From the NCBI GenBank assembly GCA_963760795.1, contig CAVXEP010000010.1:32001-96000 (forward strand): a DNA stretch of 64,000 bases, written 5' to 3'. Positions 1-11,218 of this stretch are shown here, in pieces (the stretch's first letter is position 1; every line of letters begins with the position of its first letter). Source of the DNA: an uncultured delta proteobacterium. Its GTDB lineage: Bacteria > Desulfobacterota > Binatia > UBA9968. The translations under genes and the position numbers were made by a program. Under the pieces are notes generated by a model. It was not told where the DNA came from. It searched no databases and saw only the letters and a program-made list of their open reading frames with translations.

Positions 1-56
1 CCGTCTTGTTGGACCGGAAATGCCTCGATGGCACGAACTCTCGGTTTGTCGTCCAT
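1..56 (-). CDS. N-terminus of a gene running off the window edge; possibly AmmeMemoRadiSAM protein B (MEMO1 family)
   Basis: ATG at 56 reads MDDKPRVRAIEAFPVQQD, co-oriented downstream of the DUF59 gene; only 18 codons are visible. Confidence 0.35.
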   Translation of the reverse strand, partial: MDDKPRVRAIEAFPVQQD

Positions 57-96
57 AAACGAGTCAGCTGCTAACGCGAGTCGCCCCACCGCCGCT

Positions 97-396
97 TCAG
101 ACGATGCCAAGTCGCTCCTTGGCTTCCTCGGCGATCATGCTCGGATTCCACGCCGGTTCCCAAACCAGATCGACGGTGGCATCGCTGACCCCTTCGATGG
201 CCATGATTTTCTCTTTGGCGTCCGCCGCGATCATGCCGCCCATGCCGCAACCCGGCGCGGTCAGCGTCATCTTCACCGCCACTTTGTCGTCGGTTACCTC
301 GACATCGTAGACCAAACCAAGGTCGACAATGTTGACCGGAATCTCCGGGTCGAAACATTCATGCAAGGCTTCGTAAACCTGTTCTTTGGTAATCAT
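97..396 (-). CDS. DUF59/MIP18 (SufT-like) Fe-S cluster assembly protein
   Basis: DPEIPVNIVDLGLVY, MTLTAPGC and LVWEPAW motifs. Confidence 0.92.
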   Translation of the reverse strand: MITKEQVYEALHECFDPEIPVNIVDLGLVYDVEVTDDKVAVKMTLTAPGCGMGGMIAADAKEKIMAIEGVSDATVDLVWEPAWNPSMIAEEAKERLGIV

Positions 397-436
397 CCTA
401 GTTCTCCTCTTGGCGCCCGGCTGCCAATAACCCGCT

Positions 437-1540
437 TCAATGGGTGGTAATGATCGTCGGTCCCTGACCTTTATTGCCGCGTTCGGCGGCGATCGACAGT
501 TGCCCGGCCAATTTGCCGGCGATATCGAGAAAACTCTTGCTCACCGGCGAGTTTGGATCCTGAATCAAGATCGGCACCCCTTCATCGCCGCCCTGGCGCA
601 GCGCCGGCGTGATCGGAATCTCGCCGAGGAAGGGAATTTGAAAGCGTTCGGCCGCCTGTTTGGCGCCGCCGCGGGAAAAAATATCATGTTCCTTGTTACA
701 ACCGTCGCAGATGAAATAACTCATATTCTCGATCAGGCCGACGATCGGGATCATCACCTTGTCGAACATCGATTTCGCCCGCACGACATCGGCCAGGGCG
801 ACATGTTGCGGCGTCGCCACCAACAGGGCGCCGCTGACCTTGAGCTGTTGCGAGAAAGTAATTTGCACATCGCCGGTGCCTGGAGGCATATCGACGACCA
901 GATAATCCAACTCGCCCCAATGCACGTCGCCCATCAGTTGATGCAATGCCTTGCCGAGCATCGGTCCGCGCCAAATCACCGCCTGATCGGCATCGAGAAA
1001 AAAACCGATGGACATCACCGGCACGCCATGGGCCATGGTCGGTTCGATTTTCTGGACGCCGCCAACTTCGATTTTTTTCGGCTCGCCTTTGACGCCCATG
1101 ATGATCGGCACCGATGGCCCGTAAATGTCGGCGTCGAGCAGCCCGGTCTTAGCACCGAGCATATGCAGCGCCACGGCCAAGTTAGCTGCCACCGTCGATT
1201 TTCCGACTCCGCCCTTTCCCGCCGCCACCAGGACGACATTCTTAACCGTCGGCAATAAATCGGTTTGCCCGGCGCCGGATTTGCTGCCACGCACTTGGGC
1301 ACCGAAGTTTATTTCCAGGCCGGTGATGCCGGGGACCGCGCCCAAAGCTTTTTTACAATCGGTCTCAATGGTTTCACGCAGCGGACAGGCCGGCGTGGTC
1401 AATTCCACGGTAAAGCGCACTCTGCCGTTGTCGATGCTGAGTTCTTTGACCATCCCCAGGCTGACGATATCGCGGTGCAGTTCGGGGTCTTGGACGTTGC
1501 GCAACGCTGCGATGATTTGTTCTTGCGAAATATTTTCCAC
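437..1540 (-). CDS. mrp: Mrp/NBP35 (ApbC) Fe-S cluster carrier ATPase with an N-terminal DUF59 domain
   Basis: DPELHRDIV, TTPACP, GKGGVGKST, DADIYGPS, WRGPM, DMPPGTGD and ENMSYFICDGC motifs. Confidence 0.95.
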   Translation of the reverse strand: MENISQEQIIAALRNVQDPELHRDIVSLGMVKELSIDNGRVRFTVELTTPACPLRETIETDCKKALGAVPGITGLEINFGAQVRGSKSGAGQTDLLPTVKNVVLVAAGKGGVGKSTVAANLAVALHMLGAKTGLLDADIYGPSVPIIMGVKGEPKKIEVGGVQKIEPTMAHGVPVMSIGFFLDADQAVIWRGPMLGKALHQLMGDVHWGELDYLVVDMPPGTGDVQITFSQQLKVSGALLVATPQHVALADVVRAKSMFDKVMIPIVGLIENMSYFICDGCNKEHDIFSRGGAKQAAERFQIPFLGEIPITPALRQGGDEGVPILIQDPNSPVSKSFLDIAGKLAGQLSIAAERGNKGQGPTIITTH

Positions 1541-1985
1541 GAATTTCCTCTCGACGCGAAGGAACTATAGGCTTATAAAGTCTATGAGGTCAATGACGCG
1601 ACGTCATATCCAGCAAAACTCGCCGTTGGCTTCGGAGAATCATTCAACAAGCCTCATAAATCGCTCACTGTTCCTTGCGCATTCGCGGCTCTTTGTTAGT
1701 ATTTACCTATAGTTGCCGTCCGATCACCGTCCTCTCGCTAGCATGTCAACGAACAAACCGGGAAATGGCTCATTGCGGCTGCGCCAAATCGACACCAACA
1801 AATGGAAATCGAGCGGCAAAGACGCGAAATCGACAAGTATAGCCGCCAATTCGAATACTGAGCGGCGCTAATCGGTAAACTGCCGACCGCAGTAGGGTTT
1901 TCCTATAACCGTTATCTATTTATTGTTTCACTACGTCTAACCAGAGACAGCCCAAGGCTTACATAGCGAAGGCCGAGGAGGAACT

Positions 1986-2693
1986 ATGAGAAATACCAAT
2001 CGATTATCCACGACCGCACTGTTGGTCGCCGCAGTCCTGGCGGGCTGTGCCGGCGGTGAAATCACCACCCGTGAAAAAGGCGCCGGCATCGGCGCCCTGG
2101 GCGGCGCCGCCGCGGGCGGCTTGATTGGCGCTGCAACCGGCCGTCCAGGAGTGGGCGCCGCGGTCGGCGGCGCGTTAGGCTTGGGCGCCGGCGCCCTCAT
2201 CGGCGACCAGCTGCAGGGGCAAGAAAACCGCCAAAAAGACCAACAGAAGGCGATCGACCAGCAAAGAGTCGAACTCGAGAAGAATCGCGCTCTGATCGAA
2301 GAACTGAAAAAACGCAACATTGAAGCTAAGGAAACCAGCCGCGGCGTCATGGTCAATTTGCCGAGCGTCAATTTTGAATTTGACAGCGCCGATCTTTCGC
2401 GCGATGGCCGCGAACGGGTCAACCAGATCGCCGATATTATTCGCCGCGATGCGCCCAATCGCCGCATCACCGTCGAAGGCCACGCCAGTCGGGAGAGCGC
2501 CGCCGCCGAAGCTTATAATCAGCGATTGTCGGAACGGCGCGCCTCTACCGTAGCCGATAGCTTGGAGCGAAGCGGTGTGAACGGCAGGAACATTTCCTCC
2601 CAGGGTGTCGGCACCCGCGCGCCGGTGGCGAGCAACGACAGCGAAAGCGGACGGCAGCAGAATCGCCGCGTCGAAGTGATTATCGAAAATTAA
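1986..2693 (+). CDS. OmpA-family lipoprotein with glycine zipper
   Basis: SD GAGGAGG; lipobox LAGC; Gly-zipper; OmpA C-domain motifs (FEFDSA, VEGHAS, YNQRLSERRA, NRRVEV). Confidence 0.92.
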   Translation: MRNTNRLSTTALLVAAVLAGCAGGEITTREKGAGIGALGGAAAGGLIGAATGRPGVGAAVGGALGLGAGALIGDQLQGQENRQKDQQKAIDQQRVELEKNRALIEELKKRNIEAKETSRGVMVNLPSVNFEFDSADLSRDGRERVNQIADIIRRDAPNRRITVEGHASRESAAAEAYNQRLSERRASTVADSLERSGVNGRNISSQGVGTRAPVASNDSESGRQQNRRVEVIIEN

Positions 2694-3287
2694 TCAGAAC
2701 TTGAATGCGCGTCAAACCGCAGCTCGGTTCCGGCGCGTAACCGCTGAATATTGCCGCGATGACGCCAGACGATCATGGCGGCAAAAAAGGCGCCCAGCAA
2801 GACGATCGCTCGGGGCTGCAAAAACAGCCAGAGCGCGAACGGGGCCGAGGCCGCTGCGACGATCGAGCTCAACGACACCAGGCGGGTAGGAAAAACCACC
2901 ACAGCGAAAATTGCCACCAACAGTAAACCGGCTAGCGGCGCAATGACTAGGAGCGAGCCTAGTGCCGTCGCCACTCCTTTGCCACCGCGAAATTTCAAAA
3001 ATACCGGATAGAGATGACCGAGAAAAGCCGCGGCGGAGAGCGCCGCGATCGCCGCCGGTGGTAGCGTCATCGCAAGACCGATCGCTGCCGGCAGCATACC
3101 TTTCACCGCATCCGCCAGCAAAGTTAAAACCCCCTGCCATTTGCCAACCGCCCGCGCGACATTGGTCGCGCCGACGTTACCGCTGCCCACCTGGCGCACG
3201 TCAACCCCGGCAAACTTTGCCCAGTATATAGCCTGTCGGGATCGAGCCGAGGAGGTAGGCCAAACCAATGAGCGCGATGATTTCCAT
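2690..3287 (-). CDS. plsY: Glycerol-3-phosphate acyltransferase PlsY (apparent +1 frameshift near 3215)
   Basis: MEIIALIGLAYLLGSIPTG in one frame, then GSGNVGATN, GHLYPVFLKFRGGKGVATALG and RHRGNIQRL in another; the shift lies in a homopolymer. Confidence 0.9.
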
Positions 3288-3311
3288 GCGTCAGGGCGAC
3301 CGTGCGCCAGC

Positions 3312-3719
3312 CTAGAGACGCAGGCGCCTCCGGTATTTGCGCTCGCGCCGGACGGAGTAGAGACCGCCACAAACCCAGCCCAAGACAAAGGCAACGCCGC
3401 CAACCACCAAGGCGATCTTCACTTCCGCTTCATGGGCTTCAAGCAATTGTAATAAGGAAGGCGATTTCCCATCCGTCGGCTTGGCTCGGGCCACTTCCAC
3501 CGGCGCGGCGGTTGCCGCAACCGGCGGTGACTTTTCGGTTTTGGCGACGGTTGATGCAGTGGTTTGGGCGGCGCCGCTTCCCTGGGCCGCCGGCGTTCCG
3601 GGTCCCCGTGGCTTTTTGTCCAACCGCTTCAGCCGCATGGGCGCTATTGGCGCGCACCAAGAATCCAATGACAACCAAGCATGGGAAAAAGTTACGACAG
3701 CGACCAAACATGGGCTCAA
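3312..3719 (-). CDS. Hypothetical membrane protein with an Ala/Pro/Thr-rich linker, C-terminal TM helix and basic tail
   Basis: ORF co-oriented with plsY; hydrophobic IALVVGGVAFVLGWVCGG followed by RRERKYRRRLRL. Confidence 0.5.
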   Translation of the reverse strand: MSPCLVAVVTFSHAWLSLDSWCAPIAPMRLKRLDKKPRGPGTPAAQGSGAAQTTASTVAKTEKSPPVAATAAPVEVARAKPTDGKSPSLLQLLEAHEAEVKIALVVGGVAFVLGWVCGGLYSVRRERKYRRRLRL

Positions 3720-3777
3720 TCTAACACAACCGTCGAATGCGGCTCAACGAATTTTCTTGAATTGCAGCGGCGAATGC

Positions 3778-3810
3778 AAAAAGCCCCGCAGAGTACTACC
3801 CTGCGGGGCT
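3778..3810 (-). terminator. Intrinsic terminator after the bicupin gene
   Basis: AGCCCCGCAG...CTGCGGGGCT stem with an A-run on the left (U-tract on the minus strand). Confidence 0.8.
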
Positions 3811-3835
3811 AATAAACCAAAAAATCGATGACCGC

Positions 3836-4927
3836 TTAAGGTCTCTTGTAAAAATTCGGATCCATCTTGGTCGTCGTGCCGGACTTGCCGAGTTCTTCCT
3901 CGAACATCTTGCGAATGTTGGGGTCCTCGTCGAAGTACTCGATTTGATTGCCGCCAGCCTTCACGTCCTTGTCGACTTTAGTGATATCGCCGAACCCCTC
4001 ACCCAGACTGTACTTGATCCCGCCCAAACGCGGCGGCAAGTAACGCGCCCCGGTGGCGCCGGTGTTGAAGTGCTGGTGCCACATCATCGCCGGCGGTGTA
4101 AAGACACTGCCATCCTGCCAATCGTAACGTTTCGGCTCCTCGCCCTGGCGCCAAAACATCGAGAAACCTTTACCCTTGATGATGATGACGTTAAAGCCGG
4201 GTCCGTGGCGATGGGCTTTCTTGTAGGTGCCAACGGGAAATTCCGAGATATGCGCGGCCATGGAGCCATTGGCCATTTCTAACATGACGTTTTTGCCACC
4301 GCCGCCGCGCTCGACCCAATCTTCCAGCGCAAAGCTGCGCGCGTCGGCGATAAAATTAGTATCCCAGACCCGGCCCGGATAGGCTTTACCCTTGCCGCTA
4401 AAATATTCCGGATCGCCATCGAAACGGTCGGTGAAATCCCGCGGCGTGTTGAAGACAAAGTCCTCATGATGAAACAGGTTGAAGACAATCGGCGCGCTGT
4501 TGACCGAGAAAAACCGCGCCGGCTCGTCGCCGGAACCGTTGAAGTGCTGATAAGTGCAATTGAGCGGCAACGCGAACAGGCTGCCGTCGTGCCATTCGAA
4601 CTGCGTCTTGACGCCCTTGTCGTTCCAAATCGTCGTCGCGCCACGTCCCTTGAGGACGAAATGCAAATCTTCGTAGAGGTGGCGCATCGGGTTCAATTTT
4701 TTGCCAGCGGGAATCTCGCTGACGTAGGCACCGGTCGCGCCTTCCGCGCCTTCCATGTTGATAAACGCGCCGCTGCCGCCGATCCGGGCCCAGGGTTTGA
4801 GGTCGACTTTCTTTAGATCCTGGACGAAAAAGGTTTTCATGATGGGAATCCCCTCGCCCAACTGCCACTTATCGTAAAAGGGGATATTATCCATCACGTT
4901 GTCGGACTGCTCTGCTGGTTTCGACAT
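3836..4927 (-). CDS. Bicupin protein (gentisate 1,2-dioxygenase-like fold)
   Basis: Two cupin motif sets (RHLYE...QHFN and KAHRHGP...WHQHFN); SD GGAGG before the ATG at 4927. Confidence 0.8.
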   Translation of the reverse strand: MSKPAEQSDNVMDNIPFYDKWQLGEGIPIMKTFFVQDLKKVDLKPWARIGGSGAFINMEGAEGATGAYVSEIPAGKKLNPMRHLYEDLHFVLKGRGATTIWNDKGVKTQFEWHDGSLFALPLNCTYQHFNGSGDEPARFFSVNSAPIVFNLFHHEDFVFNTPRDFTDRFDGDPEYFSGKGKAYPGRVWDTNFIADARSFALEDWVERGGGGKNVMLEMANGSMAAHISEFPVGTYKKAHRHGPGFNVIIIKGKGFSMFWRQGEEPKRYDWQDGSVFTPPAMMWHQHFNTGATGARYLPPRLGGIKYSLGEGFGDITKVDKDVKAGGNQIEYFDEDPNIRKMFEEELGKSGTTTKMDPNFYKRP

Positions 4928-5160
4928 AAATTTCCTCCGAAAAAACTTGCCCGAGTTAATATCGTATCGATCGCGCGAAAGCAAGGTGACATCCGGCGCG
5001 TTGCGCCGATGGCGTGCCACCCAGAGCGCGTCGCAAGACGCTGCGGCGAATCTGTTTATAGCATTGACTTTGAAGGTGAAACTCTACTAAATGGCGGCTA
5101 CGGTCGGGGCTCTTTTACACCGACTAGAGACCGCGTGCGATTTAATAAAGGAGATCTCGC

Positions 5161-5376
5161 TTGGCAACAACGATTGAAGCCCCAATGGTAGGCAAGGTGC
5201 TTAAAATAGAAAAACAAGTTGGCGAACGGGTCGAAGAAGACGATGTCGTCATCGTCATGGAAGCGATGAAGATGGAGATTCCGGTCGTCGCTCCCGCTGG
5301 TGGCGTAGTCAAAGAAATCAAAGTTTCTCCCGGCCAAGCCGTCGAAGCCGAGCAAGTTCTCGCAGTCATCGAATAA
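5161..5376 (+). CDS. Biotin carboxyl carrier subunit
   Basis: EAMKME biotinylation motif; TTG start with SD AAGGAG. Confidence 0.93.
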   Translation: MATTIEAPMVGKVLKIEKQVGERVEEDDVVIVMEAMKMEIPVVAPAGGVVKEIKVSPGQAVEAEQVLAVIE

Positions 5377-5427
5377 TCGCGGATTGCATCCCGTTAGCTC
5401 AGCGATCTAATCCCACAAGGAGATTTC

Positions 5428-5574
5428 ATGGATACCTGGACGTTCGGCTGGACGCTGGCGTTGATCGGTATGGGCGGGACCATGTTGGTCCTCTGGCTTA
5501 TTAGCATCATGATCCTGCTCATTAGAAAAATCTTCCCGTATCAAGCCGAGCCATCGGCAGTAAAGAAAGGTTAA
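5428..5574 (+). CDS. OadG/MmdD/GcdD-type small membrane subunit of a Na+-transporting decarboxylase (48 aa, absent from the ORF track)
   Basis: SD AAGGAG; MDTWTFGWTLALIGMGGTMLVLWLISIMILLIRKIFP; lies between the biotin carrier and the beta subunit. Confidence 0.8.
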   Translation: MDTWTFGWTLALIGMGGTMLVLWLISIMILLIRKIFPYQAEPSAVKKG

Positions 5575-5582
5575 TACAGTCA

Positions 5583-6731
5583 ATGGAATCCGCGCTGGTT
5601 TCCGGCGTCCAGGGTCTATTTGCCGGTGTCGTGAGCATCACGATTTGGCAAATCATCATGCTCGTCATAGCTTCGGTGCTGCTCTACCTCGGCATTAAAA
5701 AAGGCTATGAACCGCTTTTACTCGTACCCATAGGCTTCGGCGCTATCCTAGTCAATATCCCGCTCGCCGACATGATGGGCAAAGATGGTTTTCTCCGCTT
5801 CTTCTACGATGCGGGCGTGCTCACAGAAGTATTTCCGTTGCTGATTTTTATCGGCATCGGCGCCATGACCGATTTTCAGCCTTTGTTGCAGAATCCCAAA
5901 ATTATTCTGCTCGGTGCCGCCGGCCAGTTCGGCATATTTTTAACCCTGCTGCTCGCTCTGGCTCTGGGGTTCGACAAACTCGATGCCGTCGCCGTTGCCG
6001 TCATCGGCGCATGCGACGGACCGACAGCGATTTACGTTAGCTCAAAGTTCGCCCCGCACATGCTCGGCGCAGTATCGGTCGCCGCATATTCGTACATGTC
6101 TTTGGTGCCTTTGATCCAGCCGCCGATCATGCGCGCCCTCACCACTGAGAAGGAACGGCAGATCGTCATGGGCACGGCCAAGTTGGAACCGATCTCAAAG
6201 ACCACCAAAATCGTCTTTCCCATCGCCGTAACCATTTTCGCTTCGATCTTGGCGCCCAAAGGCGCGCCACTCATCGGTACGGTCATGCTCGGCAACCTGT
6301 TGCGCGAAAGCGGCGTGGTTGAGCGGCTCAAGAGCGCCTCGGAGAACGAGATCGCCAATATCGTTACCTTGCTCCTCGGGCTGTGCATCGGCGCCACCAT
6401 GGAAGCGGACAAATTTTTGAAAGCACAAACGCTGTTGATCTTGGGTCTCGGGTTTATCGCCATCAGCTTGGACACCGTTGTCGGACTCCTCTTCGGCAAG
6501 TTGATGTGCGCGATGACCGGCGGCAAAGTCAATCCGCTGATCGGCGCCGCGGGCATTTCAGCATTTCCGATGGCGGCCCGCGTCGTCCAAGCCGAAGGTC
6601 AGAAATATAATAAGAAAAGTTATCTGTTGATGCATGCCATGAGCGCCAACGCCGGCGGCCAGATCGGCTCGGTGATCGCCGCGGCGGTCATGCTCTCGGT
6701 ACTGCAAGGAATGGGAATTGTCGGTGGATGA
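5583..6731 (+). CDS. Na+-transporting decarboxylase beta subunit (OadB/MmdB/GcdB family)
   Basis: EPLLLVPIGFG, GIGAMTDF, LLGAAGQFGIF, DGPTAIY, AAYSYMSLVP and GAAGISAFPMAARV motifs. Confidence 0.95.
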   Translation: MESALVSGVQGLFAGVVSITIWQIIMLVIASVLLYLGIKKGYEPLLLVPIGFGAILVNIPLADMMGKDGFLRFFYDAGVLTEVFPLLIFIGIGAMTDFQPLLQNPKIILLGAAGQFGIFLTLLLALALGFDKLDAVAVAVIGACDGPTAIYVSSKFAPHMLGAVSVAAYSYMSLVPLIQPPIMRALTTEKERQIVMGTAKLEPISKTTKIVFPIAVTIFASILAPKGAPLIGTVMLGNLLRESGVVERLKSASENEIANIVTLLLGLCIGATMEADKFLKAQTLLILGLGFIAISLDTVVGLLFGKLMCAMTGGKVNPLIGAAGISAFPMAARVVQAEGQKYNKKSYLLMHAMSANAGGQIGSVIAAAVMLSVLQGMGIVGG

Positions 6732-6744
6732 TTAGGCGGCGCCC

Positions 6745-8298
6745 ATGGCAAAATCACGAGAAGAGCTAGAAAAAAAACTCGCCGGTATGGAACAAAAGGT
6801 CGCCGCCGGCGATCCCAAGACCACGGCAAAGTTACACGAGCAAGGCAATCTCACCGCCCGTGAGCGCATCGATAAACTGTTGGACCCCGGCACCTTCGTC
6901 GAAGAATTCATGCTCGCGGAAACTCCCTGCATGGACTTCGGCATGGCCGAACGCAAGCAACCCTCCGACGGAGTCGTCACCGGTTTCGGCAAAATCGATG
7001 GCCGGCCGGTTTATGTCTATTCCCAGGACCGCGCGATACTGGCGGGCAGCGTCGGCGCGGCCCACGCGGAGAAGATCGCCTACGTGATTCAAACCGCGCG
7101 CAAAGTCGGCGTGCCGGTGATCGGCCTCAACGACTCCGCCGGCGCGCGCATCCAGGAAGGGCTCAGCGTCACCTCCGCCATCGGCAAAATATTTTTTGAG
7201 AACAGCATCGCCTCCGGCTGCATTCCGCAGATCTCGGCGATCATGGGTCCCTGCATCGGTGTCGGCTCCTATTCGCCGGCGCTCACCGATGTGATTTTGC
7301 AAGTGCAAAATTCCGGTCAAATGTTCATCACCGGACCGGCGGTAATCAAAGAAGTCTTGGGCGAAACCGTCACCATGGAAGAGTTGGGCGGCGCCAAAAT
7401 TCACTCTGAGATATCCGGCGTCACCGACTTGGTGGCGAAAAACGATGAAGAATGTCTGGCGATGATTCGCCGGCTGGTCAGTTTCCTACCGGCTAATTTC
7501 GAGGAAAAACCGCCGCGCAAACCAACCACCGACGATCCCGGCCGCATGCTCGATAATTTGGCAAAGCTCGTGCCCGAAGACATGAAGCGCGCCTATAATA
7601 TCGTCCAGGTAATCAAAGCCATCGTCGACGACGGCGATTTTTTCGAATTGAAAGCCAAGTTCGCGCGCAATCTCGTCATCGGCTTCGGCCGGCTGAATGG
7701 CGATCCGGTGGGCTTCGTCGCCAATCAGCCGATGTTTCTTGCCGGCAGCCTGGATGTCGACGCCTCGGACAAAGCGGCGCGCTTCATCCGCTTCTGCGAT
7801 GCCTTCAATGTCCCGGTGATTACCTTGATGGACGTGCCGGGTTTCTTTCCCGGCAAACAGCAGGAAGAAAAGGGCATTATTCGCCACGGCGCCAAGATGC
7901 TCTACGCCTACGCCGAAGCCACCGTGCCGAAAATCACCATCGTGCTGCGCAAAGGCTATGGCGGCGCCAAACAGGCGCTGTGCACTCGTGAGATGGGCGC
8001 CGATCAGTTATTCGTTTGGCCGGGAGTCGAACTCGCGGTGATGGGCGGCGGCGGTGCGGTGAACGTGCTCTACAAGAAAGAGATCGACCAGTCGGCCGAT
8101 CCGGCAAAAACCCGCGCGGAAAAACTCGCGGAATATCTGGAGCGCTTCAGCGGCCCCTTCGAAGCGCTGTCCAAGCAGTTCGCCCAAGCGGCCATTCGGC
8201 CTGCCGAGACCCGCAAGCGGCTGATTCAATCGCTGGAAGTTTTACGTAATAAAAAAGAAGACCGGCCGCGCAAGAAGCATGGCCTCATGCCGGTATAA
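6745..8298 (+). CDS. Acyl-CoA carboxyltransferase (methylmalonyl-CoA decarboxylase alpha / PccB family)
   Basis: [46 protein letters not shown] and C-terminal KKHGLMP motifs. Confidence 0.92.
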   Translation: MAKSREELEKKLAGMEQKVAAGDPKTTAKLHEQGNLTARERIDKLLDPGTFVEEFMLAETPCMDFGMAERKQPSDGVVTGFGKIDGRPVYVYSQDRAILAGSVGAAHAEKIAYVIQTARKVGVPVIGLNDSAGARIQEGLSVTSAIGKIFFENSIASGCIPQISAIMGPCIGVGSYSPALTDVILQVQNSGQMFITGPAVIKEVLGETVTMEELGGAKIHSEISGVTDLVAKNDEECLAMIRRLVSFLPANFEEKPPRKPTTDDPGRMLDNLAKLVPEDMKRAYNIVQVIKAIVDDGDFFELKAKFARNLVIGFGRLNGDPVGFVANQPMFLAGSLDVDASDKAARFIRFCDAFNVPVITLMDVPGFFPGKQQEEKGIIRHGAKMLYAYAEATVPKITIVLRKGYGGAKQALCTREMGADQLFVWPGVELAVMGGGGAVNVLYKKEIDQSADPAKTRAEKLAEYLERFSGPFEALSKQFAQAAIRPAETRKRLIQSLEVLRNKKEDRPRKKHGLMPV

Positions 8299-10912
8299 GC
8301 CGCTCACCTTTTTCGACCCGGGCCGGCAAGGAAAAATAAAAGCTGCTGCCCTTGCCGAGTTCGCTTTCGACCCAGATGCGCCCGCCATGGGCTTCAACAA
8401 TCTTTTTGCAAATCACCAGCCCGATGCCGGTGCTGCGGCGCTGGCTCTTGTCACTGCTCGCCCCCTGGCCATACATTTGAAACATACGGCCGAGCTCATC
8501 GGCGGCCATGCCGAAGCCGGAGTCGCGCACGGAAACCACGATATCGCCTTCGCTCTGCCATGCCGACACCTCGATGACACCGCCGGAGCTGGTAAACTTG
8601 AGGGCGTTGCTCATTAAATTTGTCAGCACCTGTCCGACACGGCGGGAGTCCGCCCAGAGCACCGGCAGGCGCGCGTCAACCCGTGCGATTAGTTTAATTT
8701 CACGCTTCTCGGCTTCGATGGAGTATTCCGCCAAGTTTTCGTGAATTTGCGAACCGATACTCAACCGTTCGCGTTTGAGCTCCAGCTTGCCGGCATCGAT
8801 GCGCGAAAAATCCAGAAAATCACTCACCTGATCGATCAGGCCACGGCAGTTGTTTTCGATCTTACCCAGCCAGTTCCGTTGTAAATTGTTGACCTCTCCG
8901 AACAACCCTTCCTTCACCGACTCCGCCATCGAGACGATGTTGGCCAGCGGCGAACGAAGATCGTGAACCACCATTGCATTGAAATCGGCCAACTGCTTTT
9001 CGGCCTTTTTGCGCTCTTCGATTTCCCCCGCCAAGTTGTCAATCAGGGTGAGTGAAGACTTGTAGAGCTGGCCATTCTCGACGCCGAGGGCGATCTGTCG
9101 GGCCAGCGCCTTGAGAAATTGGCTATCGTCGACACCGAACGAGCGTGGAGCATTGTCGAGCAGAACCAAGGTGGTCCGGCCCCGGTCCTTGTGCATCATC
9201 GGTAAGATCGCCGTCGCTCCAATTCCATATTGCGGCCACAAGGCCGCGAGTTCCGGCACAGTAGTCACATCTTCGACGAACCACTCGCCGGTGCATTGGG
9301 TTGCCGCCGCTGCCAAATCATCGACCCATGGCCCGTGCAGCGCTTGAGCATCAGCCTGGCGGCTCGCCGAGACGGAATTGACCGCGCCATCGGCGCCGAT
9401 GCAATAAACAACCGCATGATCGCAGGGCACCAGCGCGACTAGCGTCGCAAGCGTCTGCGGCATGGTTTCCGCTAAGGACAGGCTTTCGGCGATTTCTTGA
9501 CTCACCGTCTGAAGAGTTTCCAGCTGGCGGGTGTGTATCACCATCTGTTCTTCACCTTTGCGCAACAGCGTAATGTCGCGGGTGATCGTCGCGGCACCGC
9601 GAACACTTCCCTGCGAATCGCGTATCGGTGACAGCGAAGCGGACACGGCAATGCGCCGGCCATCCCTACAGATGCGTTCGCTTTCGTAACGATTGATGCC
9701 CTTACCCAAGCTCACGATCTGCATCAGTTCAGAAATCTCGTCACGGTGTTCCGGCGGTGTCAGCACCGCGACATTCTGGCCGATGATGGTCGCGGCATCG
9801 TAGCCATACATCTGTTCGGCGCCGCCGTTCCAACTGGTGATCGCCCCATCGAGGGTCATGCCGACGATGCCGTCTTCAGAAGATTCGACGATGGCGCCCA
9901 ACCTGGCTCGGGTTTCTTGGACATCGCCGCGGTTTTTCAGGTATTCGACAACCGATTTACTACCGATGAACCAGGCCGCCCCGCTGGCCATCCCGGTGAG
10001 CATCGCGATCCAAAACAAGCTCCACAGCAACGTCTGATCGGCTTCCCGGTAGGCGATCGCCTTCGGCACGCCGACGATGACATGGAGCTGGCCGCGTGCG
10101 CGGCTGTCACCGACGGTTTTGAACGCATAGAGCCGCGTGATCCCGTCCAGACCGGCGATCTCTTTGGTGGTTTGATGGCGCAGCTGCATCAGTTCCAAGA
10201 GCGGCGCATCGGGCAGTTGCCTGCCGACCCATTCTTCATGATCGGGAACCCTGGTCAGGATCGTCCCGTTACTGTCGAGAATCGTCAGCGCCATGCCCGC
10301 TGACAGGTTACTCTCCGCGGTTAACTGGTCGATCTGTTTCATGTCTAGTGCCGAGTATAGGACCTCCCGGACGGCGCCGTTTTCATCCAGAATCGGATAT
10401 CCGAACGTGAGCGTCCGGCGCCGCCAGTTGCCGAGCACGTGGTGATCACCGATGACAAAGTCTTTAGTTGCAATGACTCGCCGCAGCAGCGTACTGCGTG
10501 CCAAGGCAACCGAGGAACCGAGGTCGCGGGCGCGACAGCGTGTCGCTCCCGTTGCGTCCAACACGCCAATATCCGAATAAGCCTGGTTCTTGTCTAACAG
10601 TCGGCGCACAACCTCGCCGCAGGCAACTCTATCGCCTCTGCCCATCTCCGGCGTCTGGGCCAGCAGAGTCAATAACTGCTTGGCCGCATCGACCACTTGC
10701 GACTGACGCAGCGCAATGACATTGGTAAGCCGCCAGGCCGCCTCATGCACCTCGAGAATTTGCACATCGCGGAGAACTTTCGCCTGGTACAAGATAACCG
10801 CAAGAATCGGCACCACGGCGACGGCAATCATCAGCAACAAACGCCGGCGCAACCGGCGCAAATACGGCCCTGTTGCTAACTCTGCGAATTTTTCAATCTG
10901 TAGCTTCGCCAA
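8285..10912 (-). CDS. Membrane sensor histidine kinase (Cache-like, PAS, GAF, HisKA, HATPase)
   Basis: Two TM segments; PAS motif IVESSEDGI...WNGGAE; HDLRSPL; NLMSNALKF; DSGFG; [16 protein letters not shown]. Confidence 0.92.
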   Translation of the reverse strand: MAKLQIEKFAELATGPYLRRLRRRLLLMIAVAVVPILAVILYQAKVLRDVQILEVHEAAWRLTNVIALRQSQVVDAAKQLLTLLAQTPEMGRGDRVACGEVVRRLLDKNQAYSDIGVLDATGATRCRARDLGSSVALARSTLLRRVIATKDFVIGDHHVLGNWRRRTLTFGYPILDENGAVREVLYSALDMKQIDQLTAESNLSAGMALTILDSNGTILTRVPDHEEWVGRQLPDAPLLELMQLRHQTTKEIAGLDGITRLYAFKTVGDSRARGQLHVIVGVPKAIAYREADQTLLWSLFWIAMLTGMASGAAWFIGSKSVVEYLKNRGDVQETRARLGAIVESSEDGIVGMTLDGAITSWNGGAEQMYGYDAATIIGQNVAVLTPPEHRDEISELMQIVSLGKGINRYESERICRDGRRIAVSASLSPIRDSQGSVRGAATITRDITLLRKGEEQMVIHTRQLETLQTVSQEIAESLSLAETMPQTLATLVALVPCDHAVVYCIGADGAVNSVSASRQADAQALHGPWVDDLAAAATQCTGEWFVEDVTTVPELAALWPQYGIGATAILPMMHKDRGRTTLVLLDNAPRSFGVDDSQFLKALARQIALGVENGQLYKSSLTLIDNLAGEIEERKKAEKQLADFNAMVVHDLRSPLANIVSMAESVKEGLFGEVNNLQRNWLGKIENNCRGLIDQVSDFLDFSRIDAGKLELKRERLSIGSQIHENLAEYSIEAEKREIKLIARVDARLPVLWADSRRVGQVLTNLMSNALKFTSSGGVIEVSAWQSEGDIVVSVRDSGFGMAADELGRMFQMYGQGASSDKSQRRSTGIGLVICKKIVEAHGGRIWVESELGKGSSFYFSLPARVEKGERLIPA

Positions 10913-10997
10913 CTTTAGTCCCGCAGTCCGAGGGGTTCGCTAGTGGTCTATGTTGGTGGCACCCATGGCGATCTAACAGCTCGACAGGGTCGCAGGG

Positions 10998-11195
10998 TTA
11001 AGAGTGTGACTTACCTTCGCGGCTTTGGATCCAACTGATGAGCTGGCTTTCACGCAGGCGCCATTGGCCGCCGACTTTCAGTGCCGGCAGTTCGCCGCTG
11101 CGAATCATGCGTTGCAAAGTCTTGGTTGAGACATGGAGTAACTGAGCCGCTTCGGTGAGGGTCAGTAGCTGCAGGGATTCGTTAGGTCTTTCCAT
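10998..11195 (-). CDS. Excisionase-type helix-turn-helix (HTH_17) DNA-binding protein
   Basis: LLTLTEAAQLLHVSTKTLQRMIRSGELPALKVGGQWR. Confidence 0.88.
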   Translation of the reverse strand: MERPNESLQLLTLTEAAQLLHVSTKTLQRMIRSGELPALKVGGQWRLRESQLISWIQSREGKSHS

Positions 11196-11218
11196 AGGTT
11201 TAGCGTTTGTCTATCAAC

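Noticed and set aside
10998-11195. Prophage or ICE excisionase
   Set aside because: No integrase, att site or phage genes nearby; the context fits a regulator.
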